64,000 bases of DNA, taken from the NCBI GenBank assembly GCA_045660845.1, contig JAZREO010000149.1, positions 7,416 through 71,415 on the forward strand, given 5' to 3'. A model generated the notes under the pieces. The model did no database searches. It worked only from the letters and a program-made list of their open reading frames with translations, and was not told the DNA's origin. Origin of the DNA: Eubacteriales bacterium (GTDB taxonomy: Bacteria; Bacillota; Clostridia; Oscillospirales; QAKW01). Below, piece by piece: positions 52,262 to 61,271 of the stretch. The translations under genes and the position numbers were made by a program. The stretch's first letter is position 1, and every line of letters begins with the position of its first letter.

Positions 52262-54886
52262 TCACTTCATCATATTCGTCACAAATGCGACAACCTGATC
52301 GAGGGCCTCCTCTGCCTTAGAGGTATCGCCCATTCCTGCCATGGCACTATCCGGCTTTCCGCCGCCCTTACCGCCGGTGACATCAGCAACCAAGCTGACC
52401 AGCTTCCCGGCAGCAACACCTTTTTCGATAGCTTCCTTACTGCAGACCGTCAGCAGATTACCCTTCTCGCCGCAGACATTGGCAAGGACTGCAACAAAGT
52501 TACTGTGGTTGGCTTTCAGATCATCACCCAGCTCACGCAAGGTCTTGACATCGCCGTCCTTCAGGGAGGCGGTCACAACCTGGATGCCGTTGACTTCCAC
52601 TGCATGATCAAACATGGAGCCGGACTGCTGCTCTGCCATCTTCTTATTTGCAGCGGCAAGCGCATTGTTCAGCGTCTTGATCTCTTCCATCAGGGACTGG
52701 CACTTGGGCAGCAGGTTCTGAGTGGAGTTGCACTTTAAAACAGCAGCAGCCTCAGCAATCTCACACTGATAGTTATTCAGCAGATCCAGTACACCCTGAC
52801 CGGTCACTGCCTCGATCCGGCGAACACCGGAGGCGACACCGTTTTCGCTAATGATCTTGAAGAGACCCATCTTGCCGGTATTCTGCACATGGGTACCGCC
52901 GCAAAGCTCGATGGATGCGCCGGGGATCTCCACCACCCGAACCCGATCACCGTACTTCTCTCCAAAGAGCGCCATAGCGCCCTTGGCGCGAGCTTCCTCA
53001 ATGCCGGTCTCATAGTTCAGGACCTCAATGCCGCCAAGGATGATCTGATTAACACGGGTTTCAACCGCCTGCAGTTCCTCGGTGGTCAAAGCAGAAAAAT
53101 GGGTAAAGTCGAAGCGGACGGCATGATCATTGACCAGCTGACCCGCCTGCTCCACATGGTTGCCCAGCACCTCCCTGAGAGCCGCCTGCAATAGATGTGC
53201 ACCGGTATGGTTGCGGCGGATAGCCGCACGACGCTCACCGTCTATAGCAGCCTCCACCTTATCGCCCACGCTCAGCGCTCCGCATTTTATTACGCCCAGA
53301 TGCATGAACACGCCGGCTGCGTTCTTGGTGGTATTTTCAACAGCGAAACAGGCATCTCCGCAGGTGATCACACCGTTATCCCCCACCTGACCGCCGCCTT
53401 CGCCGTAGAAGGGAGTCTTATCCAAAATAACAATTACTTTTTCACCTTCGAGAACAGTATCCTTCCGCTCCCCGTCGGCGACCAAAGCTAAGATCTCAGC
53501 CTCGGCAGTATCCTGCAGATAACCCAGAAATTCAGTCTTTTCAATGCCGTCCAGGGAAACACCGTCGCTCTTCCACGACTCGGCGTCGGTAGCCTTACGG
53601 GAGGTACGCGCCTTGATGCGCTGCTCCTCCATTAGCTTGGCGAAGCCTTCTTCGTCTACCTTCATCCCCTTCTCTTCCAGGATATCTCGGGTCAGATCCA
53701 GAGGAAAGCCATAGGTATCATAAAGCTTAAACGCATCCTGACCGGAAAGGGTGCCACCATCGACGGTCAGTTCCTCCAGGATAGCAAGACCCTGGTCGAT
53801 GGTCTTGGCAAAGGATGCTTCTTCATAGGAAATAACCTTCTTGATCAGGCTCTCTTTCTCTACCAGCTCGGGGTAGCCGTCCTTATTTTCACGAATAACC
53901 ACATCGCAAAGCTCCGGCAGAAAGGCATCGTTGATCCCCAGCAGCTTGCCATGGCGGGCAGCCCGACGGATCAGTCTGCGCAGCACATAGCCCCGCCCTT
54001 CATTGGACGGAATAATACCGTCACAGATCATAAAGGTAGATGCACGGGCATGATCAGTGATCGCGCGGATAGAGATATCTTTCTTCAAATCCTCGCCGTA
54101 GGTGACCTTTGCCAGCGCGCAGACACGATTCAGAATGTTCCGGATGGTGTCCACCTCAAACATATTATCTACTCCCTGCATGACGCAGGCAAGGCGTTCC
54201 AAACCCATGCCAGTATCGATATTTTTATGCTCCAGCTCAGTATAGGTGCCGTCACCCATGTTATTAAACTGAGAGAATACGTTATTCCAGATCTCCATAT
54301 AGCGGTCACATTCGCAGCCGGGCTTGCAGTCGGGCGAGCCGCAACCGTACTTTTCGCCACGATCGAAATAGATCTCACTGCAGGGACCGCAGGGACCGGT
54401 GCCGTGCTCCCAGAAGTTGTCCGCCTTACCCAAGCGAACGATCCGCTCCTCGGGTACACCGATCTGATCCTTCCAGATAACATAGGCATCTTCATCGCTT
54501 TCATAGATGGAGGGCCAAAGCAATTCCCCGGGGATCTCCATCGTCTCGGTCAGAAATTCCCAAGCCCAAGCAATCGCCTGCTCCTTGAAATAGTCGCCGA
54601 AAGAAAAGTTACCGAGCATCTCAAAATAGGTGCCATGACGGGCGGTATGCCCCACCCGCTCCAGATCCGGGGTGCGGATGCATTTCTGGCAGGTGGTTAC
54701 CCGATTACAAGGCGGAGTTACCTCGCCGGTAAAATACTTCTTCATCGGTGCCATACCGGAGTTAATCAGCAAGAGCGACTTATCATTGTTCGGCACCAGG
54801 GAAAAGCTATTGAGCCGCAAATGACCCTTGGACTCAAAAAAGGAAAGATACTTTTCTCTGATCTCATTCAATCCCATGTACTTCAT
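52262..54886 (-). CDS. alaS: alanine--tRNA ligase
   Basis: 874 aa with FFESKGHLRLNSFSLVP, TARHGTYFEMLGNFSFGDYFK, the editing-domain HTGAHLL and a C-terminal DHHA1 domain. Confidence 0.97.
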   Translation of the reverse strand: MKYMGLNEIREKYLSFFESKGHLRLNSFSLVPNNDKSLLLINSGMAPMKKYFTGEVTPPCNRVTTCQKCIRTPDLERVGHTARHGTYFEMLGNFSFGDYFKEQAIAWAWEFLTETMEIPGELLWPSIYESDEDAYVIWKDQIGVPEERIVRLGKADNFWEHGTGPCGPCSEIYFDRGEKYGCGSPDCKPGCECDRYMEIWNNVFSQFNNMGDGTYTELEHKNIDTGMGLERLACVMQGVDNMFEVDTIRNILNRVCALAKVTYGEDLKKDISIRAITDHARASTFMICDGIIPSNEGRGYVLRRLIRRAARHGKLLGINDAFLPELCDVVIRENKDGYPELVEKESLIKKVISYEEASFAKTIDQGLAILEELTVDGGTLSGQDAFKLYDTYGFPLDLTRDILEEKGMKVDEEGFAKLMEEQRIKARTSRKATDAESWKSDGVSLDGIEKTEFLGYLQDTAEAEILALVADGERKDTVLEGEKVIVILDKTPFYGEGGGQVGDNGVITCGDACFAVENTTKNAAGVFMHLGVIKCGALSVGDKVEAAIDGERRAAIRRNHTGAHLLQAALREVLGNHVEQAGQLVNDHAVRFDFTHFSALTTEELQAVETRVNQIILGGIEVLNYETGIEEARAKGAMALFGEKYGDRVRVVEIPGASIELCGGTHVQNTGKMGLFKIISENGVASGVRRIEAVTGQGVLDLLNNYQCEIAEAAAVLKCNSTQNLLPKCQSLMEEIKTLNNALAAANKKMAEQQSGSMFDHAVEVNGIQVVTASLKDGDVKTLRELGDDLKANHSNFVAVLANVCGEKGNLLTVCSKEAIEKGVAAGKLVSLVADVTGGKGGGKPDSAMAGMGDTSKAEEALDQVVAFVTNMMK

Positions 54887-55125
54887 AAAAAACGTCTTTC
54901 TCCTCTAAAAAATATAAAAGCACCTTCAAGCCAAGCAGGGACGGAATGATTCCGCGGTACCACCCTGATTGCACTGAAAGTGCCACTCATTTGCAGTCGT
55001 TAACGCCGACAATACGGTCTCGCTCGGAAAAACAGCCACCGCTGATCCTTCTGCCAAAGGCTCTCACCATACGCCCTTTTCTCTGTACACAGCCGAAAAA
55101 GCGGGATTTTTCGTCTTCGCTATTC
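54887..55125 (-). promoter_or_regulatory. T-box leader (tRNA-Ala sensing) of alaS
   Basis: The minus strand contains the T-box sequence AATCAGGGTGGTACCGCGGAAT (plus 54948-54969). Stem I elements are present (GC-GAAGA K-turn-like start, AGAGA, GGUGAGA distal loop). A candidate GCU specifier lies at plus 55034-55036. Confidence 0.75.
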
Positions 55126-55131
55126 TATTAA

Positions 55132-55159
55132 AGTATACCACAGTTTTGGCTGGTGTCAA
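55132..55159 (-). promoter_or_regulatory. sigma-A promoter of the alaS T-box leader
   Basis: The minus strand reads TTGACA - 16 nt - TATACT with an extended -10 TG. Confidence 0.5.
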
Positions 55160-55211
55160 GAAATATATCGTTATTAAATTGCAGTTTTCTTATAAATTTA
55201 TTCATTTCCTC

Positions 55212-55240
55212 TTGACAAAATGCTCTGTTTCGATTATAAT
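55212..55240 (+). promoter_or_regulatory. consensus sigma-A promoter of ylxM-ffh
   Basis: TTGACA - 17 nt - TATAAT, a perfect consensus. Confidence 0.7.
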
Positions 55241-55288
55241 GTGTAAAGTAATTTCCTTTACATCAGTTTTAAGGAGTGAAAAACCACA

Positions 55289-55654
55289 GTGAAAGACCTG
55301 CATTTTTCCCTGCTGATCGATTTTTACGGCAACATTCTGGCACCCAAAATGAAGGATGCGCTGGAGCTATACTATAACGAGGACCTCTCCCTCTCCGAAA
55401 TTGCGCAGCATATGAATATCACCCGCCAGGGCGTACGTGATAATATTAAGCGTGGCGAGCAATTTCTAACCGAGACCGAGGCAAGTCTGGGCTTTTTCAA
55501 AAGGTATGCCGGACTGGAGGACCTAATGGAGCAGATCAGCAATCTCGCAATGAATATCCGCGATTTCAATAATCGGCACCATAAGACCCCTGAGATCAAT
55601 CAGTTCGCCGAGGAGATCGTCACCATCGCCAAGAGCTTTGAGGAACAGGAGTAA
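55289..55654 (+). CDS. ylxM: YlxM/p13-family putative DNA-binding protein (UPF0122)
   Basis: 121 aa with a GTG start after AAGGAG and a sigma-70 region-4-like HTH (LSLSEIAQHMNITRQGVRDNIKRG). It lies directly upstream of ffh, as in Bacillus. Confidence 0.85.
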   Translation: MKDLHFSLLIDFYGNILAPKMKDALELYYNEDLSLSEIAQHMNITRQGVRDNIKRGEQFLTETEASLGFFKRYAGLEDLMEQISNLAMNIRDFNNRHHKTPEINQFAEEIVTIAKSFEEQE

Positions 55655-55657
55655 TCA

Positions 55658-56980
55658 ATGGCATTTGAAGGATTAAGTGAAAAGCTTGCAAGAGCCTTTA
55701 AAAATCTCCGGCAGCACGGTCACCTGACCGAGGCGGATGTCAAGACCGCCATGCGGGAGATCAAGTTGGCGCTCCTGGAAGCAGATGTAAACTTCAAAGT
55801 CGTAAAAGAATTTATCGGTAAAGTTTCAGAGCGATGCGTCGGCAGCGATGTACTGGAGAGCTTAACTCCCGCCCAGCAGGTAGTCAAGATTGTCAACGAG
55901 GAATTGACCGCCTTGATGGGCTCTGAGACCGCCACCATTAAATTGGCCTCTAACCCCCCCACCGTTATCATGATGGTTGGTCTGCAGGGCACCGGTAAAA
56001 CCACACAAAGCGGTAAACTCGCCAGTCACTTTAAGAAAAAGGGACGTAGACCGCTCTTAGTCGCATGCGACGTTTACCGTCCTGCCGCCATCACCCAGTT
56101 GGAGATCGTCGGTCAAGGCGTGGAGGTTCCGGTCTTTAAGATCGATAATGAAAAAAATCCCGTCAAAATTGCAAAAGAAGCCATCGCCCATGCTAAAAAA
56201 TACGGCAACGACCTGGTGATCCTGGATACCGCCGGGCGCCTGCATATTGACGATGCACTGATGGAAGAACTGACCAATATTAAGGCAGCAGTCCATCCTC
56301 AGGAGATCCTGCTGGTGGTGGATGCCATGACCGGTCAGGATGCGGTCAATGTGGCAGAAAGCTTCAATAATCTTTTAGATATCGACGGAGTTGTACTAAC
56401 CAAACTAGATGGCGATACCCGAGGCGGTGCCGCCCTCTCTGTAAAATATATCACCGGCAAACCCATTAAATTTGCCGGCGTGGGCGAAAAGCTCACTGAT
56501 ATAGAGCCCTTCCATCCTGATCGGATGGCATCCCGGATCTTAGGCATGGGAGATGTCCTCTCCCTGATCGATAAGGCCCAGGAAGCCTACGACGAAAAGG
56601 AAGCACTGGCGCTGGAAGAAAAACTGAAGAAAAATAAATTTACTCTTCAGGATTTTTTGGATCAGATGCGTCAGATCAAAAAAATGGGACCTCTGGAAAA
56701 CTTACTGGGGATGATGCCCGGCGTCAATCCGGCGCAGATGAAGGATGTCAAGATCGACGAGCGTCAGCTTGCCCGAACTGAGGCGATCATCTTATCAATG
56801 ACCCCGGAAGAACGCGAGAACCCCTCTTTGATGAATGCCTCTCGCCGCAGAAGAATTGCGGCAGGCAGCGGAACCACTGTCGAAATGGTCAACCGCCTGC
56901 TCAAGCAATTTGAGCAAATGCAAAAAATGGTTAAACAACTGAAATCCAAAAAAGGCAGACGCCGGGGTTTTGGTTTTTAA
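55658..56980 (+). CDS. ffh: signal recognition particle protein Ffh
   Basis: 440 aa with an NG domain (GLQGTGKTT, DTAGRL, TKLDGD) and a Met-rich M domain. Confidence 0.97.
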   Translation: MAFEGLSEKLARAFKNLRQHGHLTEADVKTAMREIKLALLEADVNFKVVKEFIGKVSERCVGSDVLESLTPAQQVVKIVNEELTALMGSETATIKLASNPPTVIMMVGLQGTGKTTQSGKLASHFKKKGRRPLLVACDVYRPAAITQLEIVGQGVEVPVFKIDNEKNPVKIAKEAIAHAKKYGNDLVILDTAGRLHIDDALMEELTNIKAAVHPQEILLVVDAMTGQDAVNVAESFNNLLDIDGVVLTKLDGDTRGGAALSVKYITGKPIKFAGVGEKLTDIEPFHPDRMASRILGMGDVLSLIDKAQEAYDEKEALALEEKLKKNKFTLQDFLDQMRQIKKMGPLENLLGMMPGVNPAQMKDVKIDERQLARTEAIILSMTPEERENPSLMNASRRRRIAAGSGTTVEMVNRLLKQFEQMQKMVKQLKSKKGRRRGFGF

Positions 56981-57010
56981 TAAGAGATTTTTGAAAGGAG
57001 TGAATGTAGC

Positions 57011-57253
57011 ATGGCAGTTAAAATCAGATTAAGAAGACTCGGAGCCAAGAAGGCCCCTACCTATCGGATCGTTGTTGCTGATTCCCGCTATCCCCGCGAT
57101 GGCAGATTCATTGAGGAGATCGGCACCTATAATCCCTGCACCGAGCCCGCCACCGTTGTCATCGACGGCGAGAAGGCTAAGGCATGGATCAAGAATGGCG
57201 CCCAGCCTACCGATACGGTCAAGGCTCTGCTGAAAAAGCAGGAAATTCTCTAA
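57011..57253 (+). CDS. rpsP: 30S ribosomal protein bS16
   Basis: 80 aa: [35 protein letters not shown]. Confidence 0.97.
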   Translation: MAVKIRLRRLGAKKAPTYRIVVADSRYPRDGRFIEEIGTYNPCTEPATVVIDGEKAKAWIKNGAQPTDTVKALLKKQEIL

Positions 57254-57268
57254 TCGAGAGGACGCATC

Positions 57269-57496
57269 ATGAAAGAACTCATTATTTACTTGGCGCAATC
57301 GCTGGTAGAGGATCCGGAGGCTGTAACAGTCACCGAGTCTGAGACCGACGAAGCAATCGTTTACGAATTGCACGTTGCAGCAGACGATATGGGCCGCGTG
57401 ATCGGAAAGCATGGTAAGATCGCCAAGGCGATCCGCTCCATTGTTAAGTCTGCATCCTTTAAAATGCCGAAAAAAGTGATTGTTGAGATCAAATGA
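57269..57496 (+). CDS. KH-domain RNA-binding protein (YlqC family)
   Basis: 75 aa with GRVIGKHGKIAKAIR (GxxG KH motif). Confidence 0.9.
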   Translation: MKELIIYLAQSLVEDPEAVTVTESETDEAIVYELHVAADDMGRVIGKHGKIAKAIRSIVKSASFKMPKKVIVEIK

Positions 57497-57507
57497 TCGG
57501 AATTTTA

Positions 57508-57548
57508 TCAGCAGTTCTGCGAATTTTCGCAGAGCTGTTGTTTTTTTA
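57508..57548 (+). terminator. hairpin plus T7 run between the KH-protein gene and rimM
   Basis: cagcagttctgcga/attt/tcgcagagctgttg (two mismatches or G-U pairs) followed by TTTTTTT. Confidence 0.6.
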
Positions 57549-57595
57549 TCCAAAATCATATATAATAGTTTTAATCACAATTCAGGAGGCGACCC

Positions 57596-58090
57596 ATGGA
57601 AAAGGATCTGCTGCAAGCAGGAAAAATTATCAATACCCACGCGCTGCGCGGTGATATGCGCATCTTCCCCTATTGCGATAGCGCTGAGTTTCTTTGCGAG
57701 GTCAAAATATTGTATATCGACGGACAAGCCTACAAGGTAACCGCCGCCCGGGTCCATAAAGGACAGGCTCTGATCCATCTAAAAGGCGTCGAGCGTATCG
57801 AAGAAGCAGAGAAATTGGTGGGCAAATTTGTTTACTTAGATAAAAAGGATGTGGACCTGGAGGAGGGTCAGTTCTTTATCGACGATATCATTGGTCTATC
57901 TGTGGAGGATATCGATACCGGAGAGGTATACGGCAAGGTGACGGATGTCATCACTACCGGTGCCAACGATGTCTTTGAGGTCACCGGCGATCGGGTGCTT
58001 CTGGTGCCCAAGATCGACGATGTTGTTCTCGATATCGATCTGGACAATGAAGTCATTAAAATCCGTCCGTTGCAGGGGTTGTTCGAATGA
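57596..58090 (+). CDS. rimM: 16S rRNA processing protein RimM
   Basis: 164 aa with N-terminal GKIINTHALRGDMRI and a PRC-barrel C-terminus. Confidence 0.9.
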   Translation: MEKDLLQAGKIINTHALRGDMRIFPYCDSAEFLCEVKILYIDGQAYKVTAARVHKGQALIHLKGVERIEEAEKLVGKFVYLDKKDVDLEEGQFFIDDIIGLSVEDIDTGEVYGKVTDVITTGANDVFEVTGDRVLLVPKIDDVVLDIDLDNEVIKIRPLQGLFE

Positions 58091-59220
58091 GATTTACAGT
58101 TATGACCTTATTCCCGGAGATGGTGGATCGTATCTTAAACGAAAGCATCATCGGCCGGGCAAGAAAAAACAATATTATTTCCGTAGATTGCGTGGATATC
58201 CGCAATTATTCCACCGATAAACACCGCCGGGTAGATGACTACCCTTTTGGGGGTGGCGGTGGTATGGTGATGCAGTGCCAGCCAATCTATGATTGCTATC
58301 AGGATATTGCAAAAGAGTCCGGAGAAAAGCCTTATACGGTTTATGTCTCCCCCCGTGGCTCTGTATTGACCCAGAAGAAAGCAAAGGAATTGAGCACCCT
58401 CCCCCACCTTGCTATTCTATGCGGGCATTATGAGGGTGTAGATCAGCGGGTACTGGATGAGATCGTAGATGAGGAGATCTCCATTGGCGATTATGTCCTG
58501 ACCGGAGGCGAGTTACCTGCCTGCGTACTGGTTGATTGCGTCTCACGGATGCTGCCGGGTGTTTTGGCGGAGGAAAGTTCCTACGAGGAAGAAAGCCACT
58601 ATAACGGTCTGCTGGAGCACCCTCAATACACCCAACCCCGCTGCTGGATGGAGCGGGAGGTCCCTGCGGTCCTCACCGAAGGGAACCATCGTCTGATCAA
58701 AAAATGGAAATTAGAGGAGTCCATTAAGATCACTAAAAAGATGCGTCCCGATCTGATCCGCCGCCCGGTACCGGACGGCAAACGGTTGCGTTTTATGACA
58801 GCAGAGGATCGCGAACCACTTTTGCAAATGATGGATGAATTCTACCATACCCCCGGCGTTCTGCACCAAATTCCGACAAACCATTTTGAAAAGACCTTTC
58901 AGCAGATCATAGACGGGGATCCTTTTATCAATGCCTACATCATTCAATTTGAGCGCAAAACAGCCGGCTATTGCCTTTTGAGCCATACCTATTCCAATGA
59001 AGCTGGTGGCTTCACTGTATGGATCGAGGAAATTTACATTTCCCCTGATTTCAGAGGACATAAGTTGGCGGACAAAGCCCTGCGGGAGATCTTCGCACTC
59101 TACGGCGATACCGCTGAACGCTACCGCCTTGAAGTGACTGCAGATAACAAAACTGCTAAAAAGATCTACCATCGGCTGGGCTTCAAATCACTGGACTATC
59201 AGCAGATGATCAAAGAATAA
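58087..59220 (+). CDS. trmD: tRNA (guanine37-N1)-methyltransferase TrmD fused to a C-terminal GNAT acetyltransferase domain
   Basis: 377 aa. Residues 1-~240 are TrmD (LFPEMV, DDYPFGGGGGMVM, CGHYEGVDQRV, GDYVLTGGELPA). Residues ~245-377 are GNAT-like (VWIEEIYISPDFRGHKLA ... NKTAKKIYHRLGF) in the same frame with no stop. Confidence 0.85.
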   Translation: MRFTVMTLFPEMVDRILNESIIGRARKNNIISVDCVDIRNYSTDKHRRVDDYPFGGGGGMVMQCQPIYDCYQDIAKESGEKPYTVYVSPRGSVLTQKKAKELSTLPHLAILCGHYEGVDQRVLDEIVDEEISIGDYVLTGGELPACVLVDCVSRMLPGVLAEESSYEEESHYNGLLEHPQYTQPRCWMEREVPAVLTEGNHRLIKKWKLEESIKITKKMRPDLIRRPVPDGKRLRFMTAEDREPLLQMMDEFYHTPGVLHQIPTNHFEKTFQQIIDGDPFINAYIIQFERKTAGYCLLSHTYSNEAGGFTVWIEEIYISPDFRGHKLADKALREIFALYGDTAERYRLEVTADNKTAKKIYHRLGFKSLDYQQMIKE

Positions 59221-59256
59221 ACAAACATCCCCCCGTTATACGGGGGGATGTTTGTT
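59221..59256. terminator. bidirectional terminator (trmD / ybaK)
   Basis: acaaacatccccccg/ttata/cggggggatgtttgt forms a 15-bp stem. Confidence 0.85.
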
Positions 59257-59731
59257 ATATCGTAATATCCTCAAATCTACAAGGAATAACCTTTTCCAGA
59301 TCCATGGGATCCAGAAGGATCTGCGCGCCGATCCGCCCACCGCTGATGATGATTTCATCAAAAAGCTGGGCGGTTTCGTCAATAACAGTAGGGAACTGCT
59401 TTTTCATCCCGATAGGAGTGCAGCCGCCGCGAATATAGCCGGTCAGCCCAAAGATCTCCTTCACATGAATCAGCTCCACCGACTTTTCGCCCACAGACTT
59501 CGCCGCCTTTTTCAGATCCAGTTCTTCTGCAATGGGCAATACAAATACATAGTGCGCACCGCTCTTCCCCACTGCCACCAGCGTTTTGAAGGAACATTCA
59601 TAATCCTGTCCCAGCTGGTCTGCCACATGGATCGCATCGACGAATTCCTCGCAGGTATAAAGATTAACCTTAAAAGGAATCCCTCTCTGCTCTAAAATGC
59701 GCATGGCATTGGTTTTGGTTTCCTTTGCCAT
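59255..59731 (-). CDS. ybaK: Cys-tRNA(Pro)/Cys-tRNA(Cys) deacylase YbaK
   Basis: 158 aa of the YbaK/EbsC family (TNAMRILEQRGIPF, GYIRGGCTPIG). It has a TAATG overlap with the tyrS stop. Confidence 0.85.
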   Translation of the reverse strand: MAKETKTNAMRILEQRGIPFKVNLYTCEEFVDAIHVADQLGQDYECSFKTLVAVGKSGAHYVFVLPIAEELDLKKAAKSVGEKSVELIHVKEIFGLTGYIRGGCTPIGMKKQFPTVIDETAQLFDEIIISGGRIGAQILLDPMDLEKVIPCRFEDITI

Positions 59732-60951
59732 TACTTTCCGATAATGCGGACAAACTTCTTTTTACCCCGCTTCAGTACAAAACCGGCTGCGATCTGCTCT
59801 TTAGTATAAGAATGCTTCAGATCGGTGATCTTATCGCCATCAACACTGACACCGCCCTGCTCAATGGCACGGCGCCCCTCGGAGCGAGAGGGTACAAGAC
59901 CGCTCTTAACAAGCAGCGTGATGACATCCACGTTGCCGTCGGTATAGTCCTCTTCCTCCACTTCGTAGGTGGGCATATTCTCGGCACTGCCGGAGCCAAA
60001 GAGAGCTTTGGCGCTATCTTCCGCCTTCTTAGCCTCTTCCTCACCGTGTACCAGCTTGGTCAGCTCATAAGCTAAAATTTCCTTCGCCTTATTCAACTGG
60101 CTGCCTTCCCAGCTATCCATCTCATCGATCTGCTCCAGGGGCAGGAATGTCAGCATCCGGATGCATTTCAACACATCAGCGTCATTGACATTCCGCCAAT
60201 ACTGATAAAAATCAAAGGGTGAGGTCTTATTAGGATCCAACCACACCGCGCCACCGGCAGTCTTACCCATCTTTTTACCCTCGCTGGTCAACAGCAGCGT
60301 GATGGTCATGGCATGGGCATCCTTGCCCAACTTGCGGCGGATCAGCTCGGTACCGCCCAGCATATTGCTCCACTGGTCGTTACCGCCGAACTGCATATTG
60401 CAGCCATAGTGCTGGAACAGATGATAGAAGTCATAAGACTGCATGATCATATAGTTGAACTCCAGGAAGGAAAGCCCCTTTTCCATTCTCTGTTTATAGC
60501 ATTCCGCACGAAGCATATTATTAACAGAGAAACACGCGCCCACTTCGCGCAGGACATCCACATAGTTCAGATCCAGCAGCCAGTCGGCGTTGTTGACCAT
60601 CTGCGCCTTTCCTTCGCCAAACTCAATAAACCGCTCCATCTGCTTTTTAAAGCAATCGCAGTTATGCTGAATAGTCTCACGGGTCATCATGGAGCGCATA
60701 TCCGTCCGCCCGGAGGGATCGCCGATCATGGCGGTACCGCCACCGATCAGAGCGATGGGACGGTTGCCCGCCATCTGCAACCGCTTCATCAGGCAAAGCG
60801 CCATAAAATGACCCACATGCAGACTGTCTGCAGTAGGATCAAAGCCGATATAAAAAGTCGCCTTTCCATTATTGATCATCTCACGGATGCCATCTTCATC
60901 CGTCACCTGAGCGATCAGGCCGCGGGCAACCAGTTCTTCATAAATCTTCAT
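59731..60951 (-). CDS. tyrS: tyrosine--tRNA ligase
   Basis: 406 aa from ATG 60951 (GGGAG upstream), with a HIGH-type motif (DSLHVGH), KMGKT (KMSKS-type) and a C-terminal S4 domain. Confidence 0.95.
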   Translation of the reverse strand: MKIYEELVARGLIAQVTDEDGIREMINNGKATFYIGFDPTADSLHVGHFMALCLMKRLQMAGNRPIALIGGGTAMIGDPSGRTDMRSMMTRETIQHNCDCFKKQMERFIEFGEGKAQMVNNADWLLDLNYVDVLREVGACFSVNNMLRAECYKQRMEKGLSFLEFNYMIMQSYDFYHLFQHYGCNMQFGGNDQWSNMLGGTELIRRKLGKDAHAMTITLLLTSEGKKMGKTAGGAVWLDPNKTSPFDFYQYWRNVNDADVLKCIRMLTFLPLEQIDEMDSWEGSQLNKAKEILAYELTKLVHGEEEAKKAEDSAKALFGSGSAENMPTYEVEEEDYTDGNVDVITLLVKSGLVPSRSEGRRAIEQGGVSVDGDKITDLKHSYTKEQIAAGFVLKRGKKKFVRIIGK

Positions 60952-61236
60952 ATTTTTCTCCCTTTCCATCATAAAAGCCCTCTGCTCCCCTATGGGAGCA
61001 GAGGGCAAAATTTCTTTTGCGGTACCACCTCTGCAGCGGGCATTCTTCGCAAAACACCCCTCAGCGAGTAGTTGACTACTACAGCCCCTTTAACGGAGGG
61101 CAACCGCCTGCACCTACTGAAGGTTCAGCGCAGAAGCTCCGGGATGTATTCGCACGCACCTGCCCGCTCGCCTCACACCGACCGGCTACTCTCTTTACGG
61201 CGGTTGCATGCTACTTCTTCCCATCATTGCTGTTAC
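60952..61236 (-). promoter_or_regulatory. T-box leader (tRNA-Tyr sensing, specifier UAC) of tyrS
   Basis: The minus strand has AGAGAGUAG (Stem I) and a specifier loop GCGAAUACAUCC with UAC at plus 61146-61148. It also has the T-box GCAGAGGTGGTACCGC (plus 61019-61034). The terminator GCCCTCTGCTCCC/ATAG/GGGAGCAGAGGGC + TTTT follows, and its 5' arm overlaps antiterminator sequence. Confidence 0.9.
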
Positions 61237-61242
61237 CGCATT

Positions 61243-61271
61243 ATTTTAGCGCTATTCTGCCGATTTGTCAA
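61243..61271 (-). promoter_or_regulatory. sigma-A promoter of the tyrS T-box leader
   Basis: The minus strand reads TTGACA - 17 nt - TAAAAT. It spans the stop codon (61252-61254) of the upstream A2M-like gene. Confidence 0.6.

Noticed and set aside
55094-55113. cgaaaaagcgggatttttcg hairpin that looked like a small terminator upstream of alaS.
   Set aside because: It is AT-only in the stem and lies inside the T-box leader. The GAAAAA segment is better explained as pairing with the distal UUUUUC to close Stem I.
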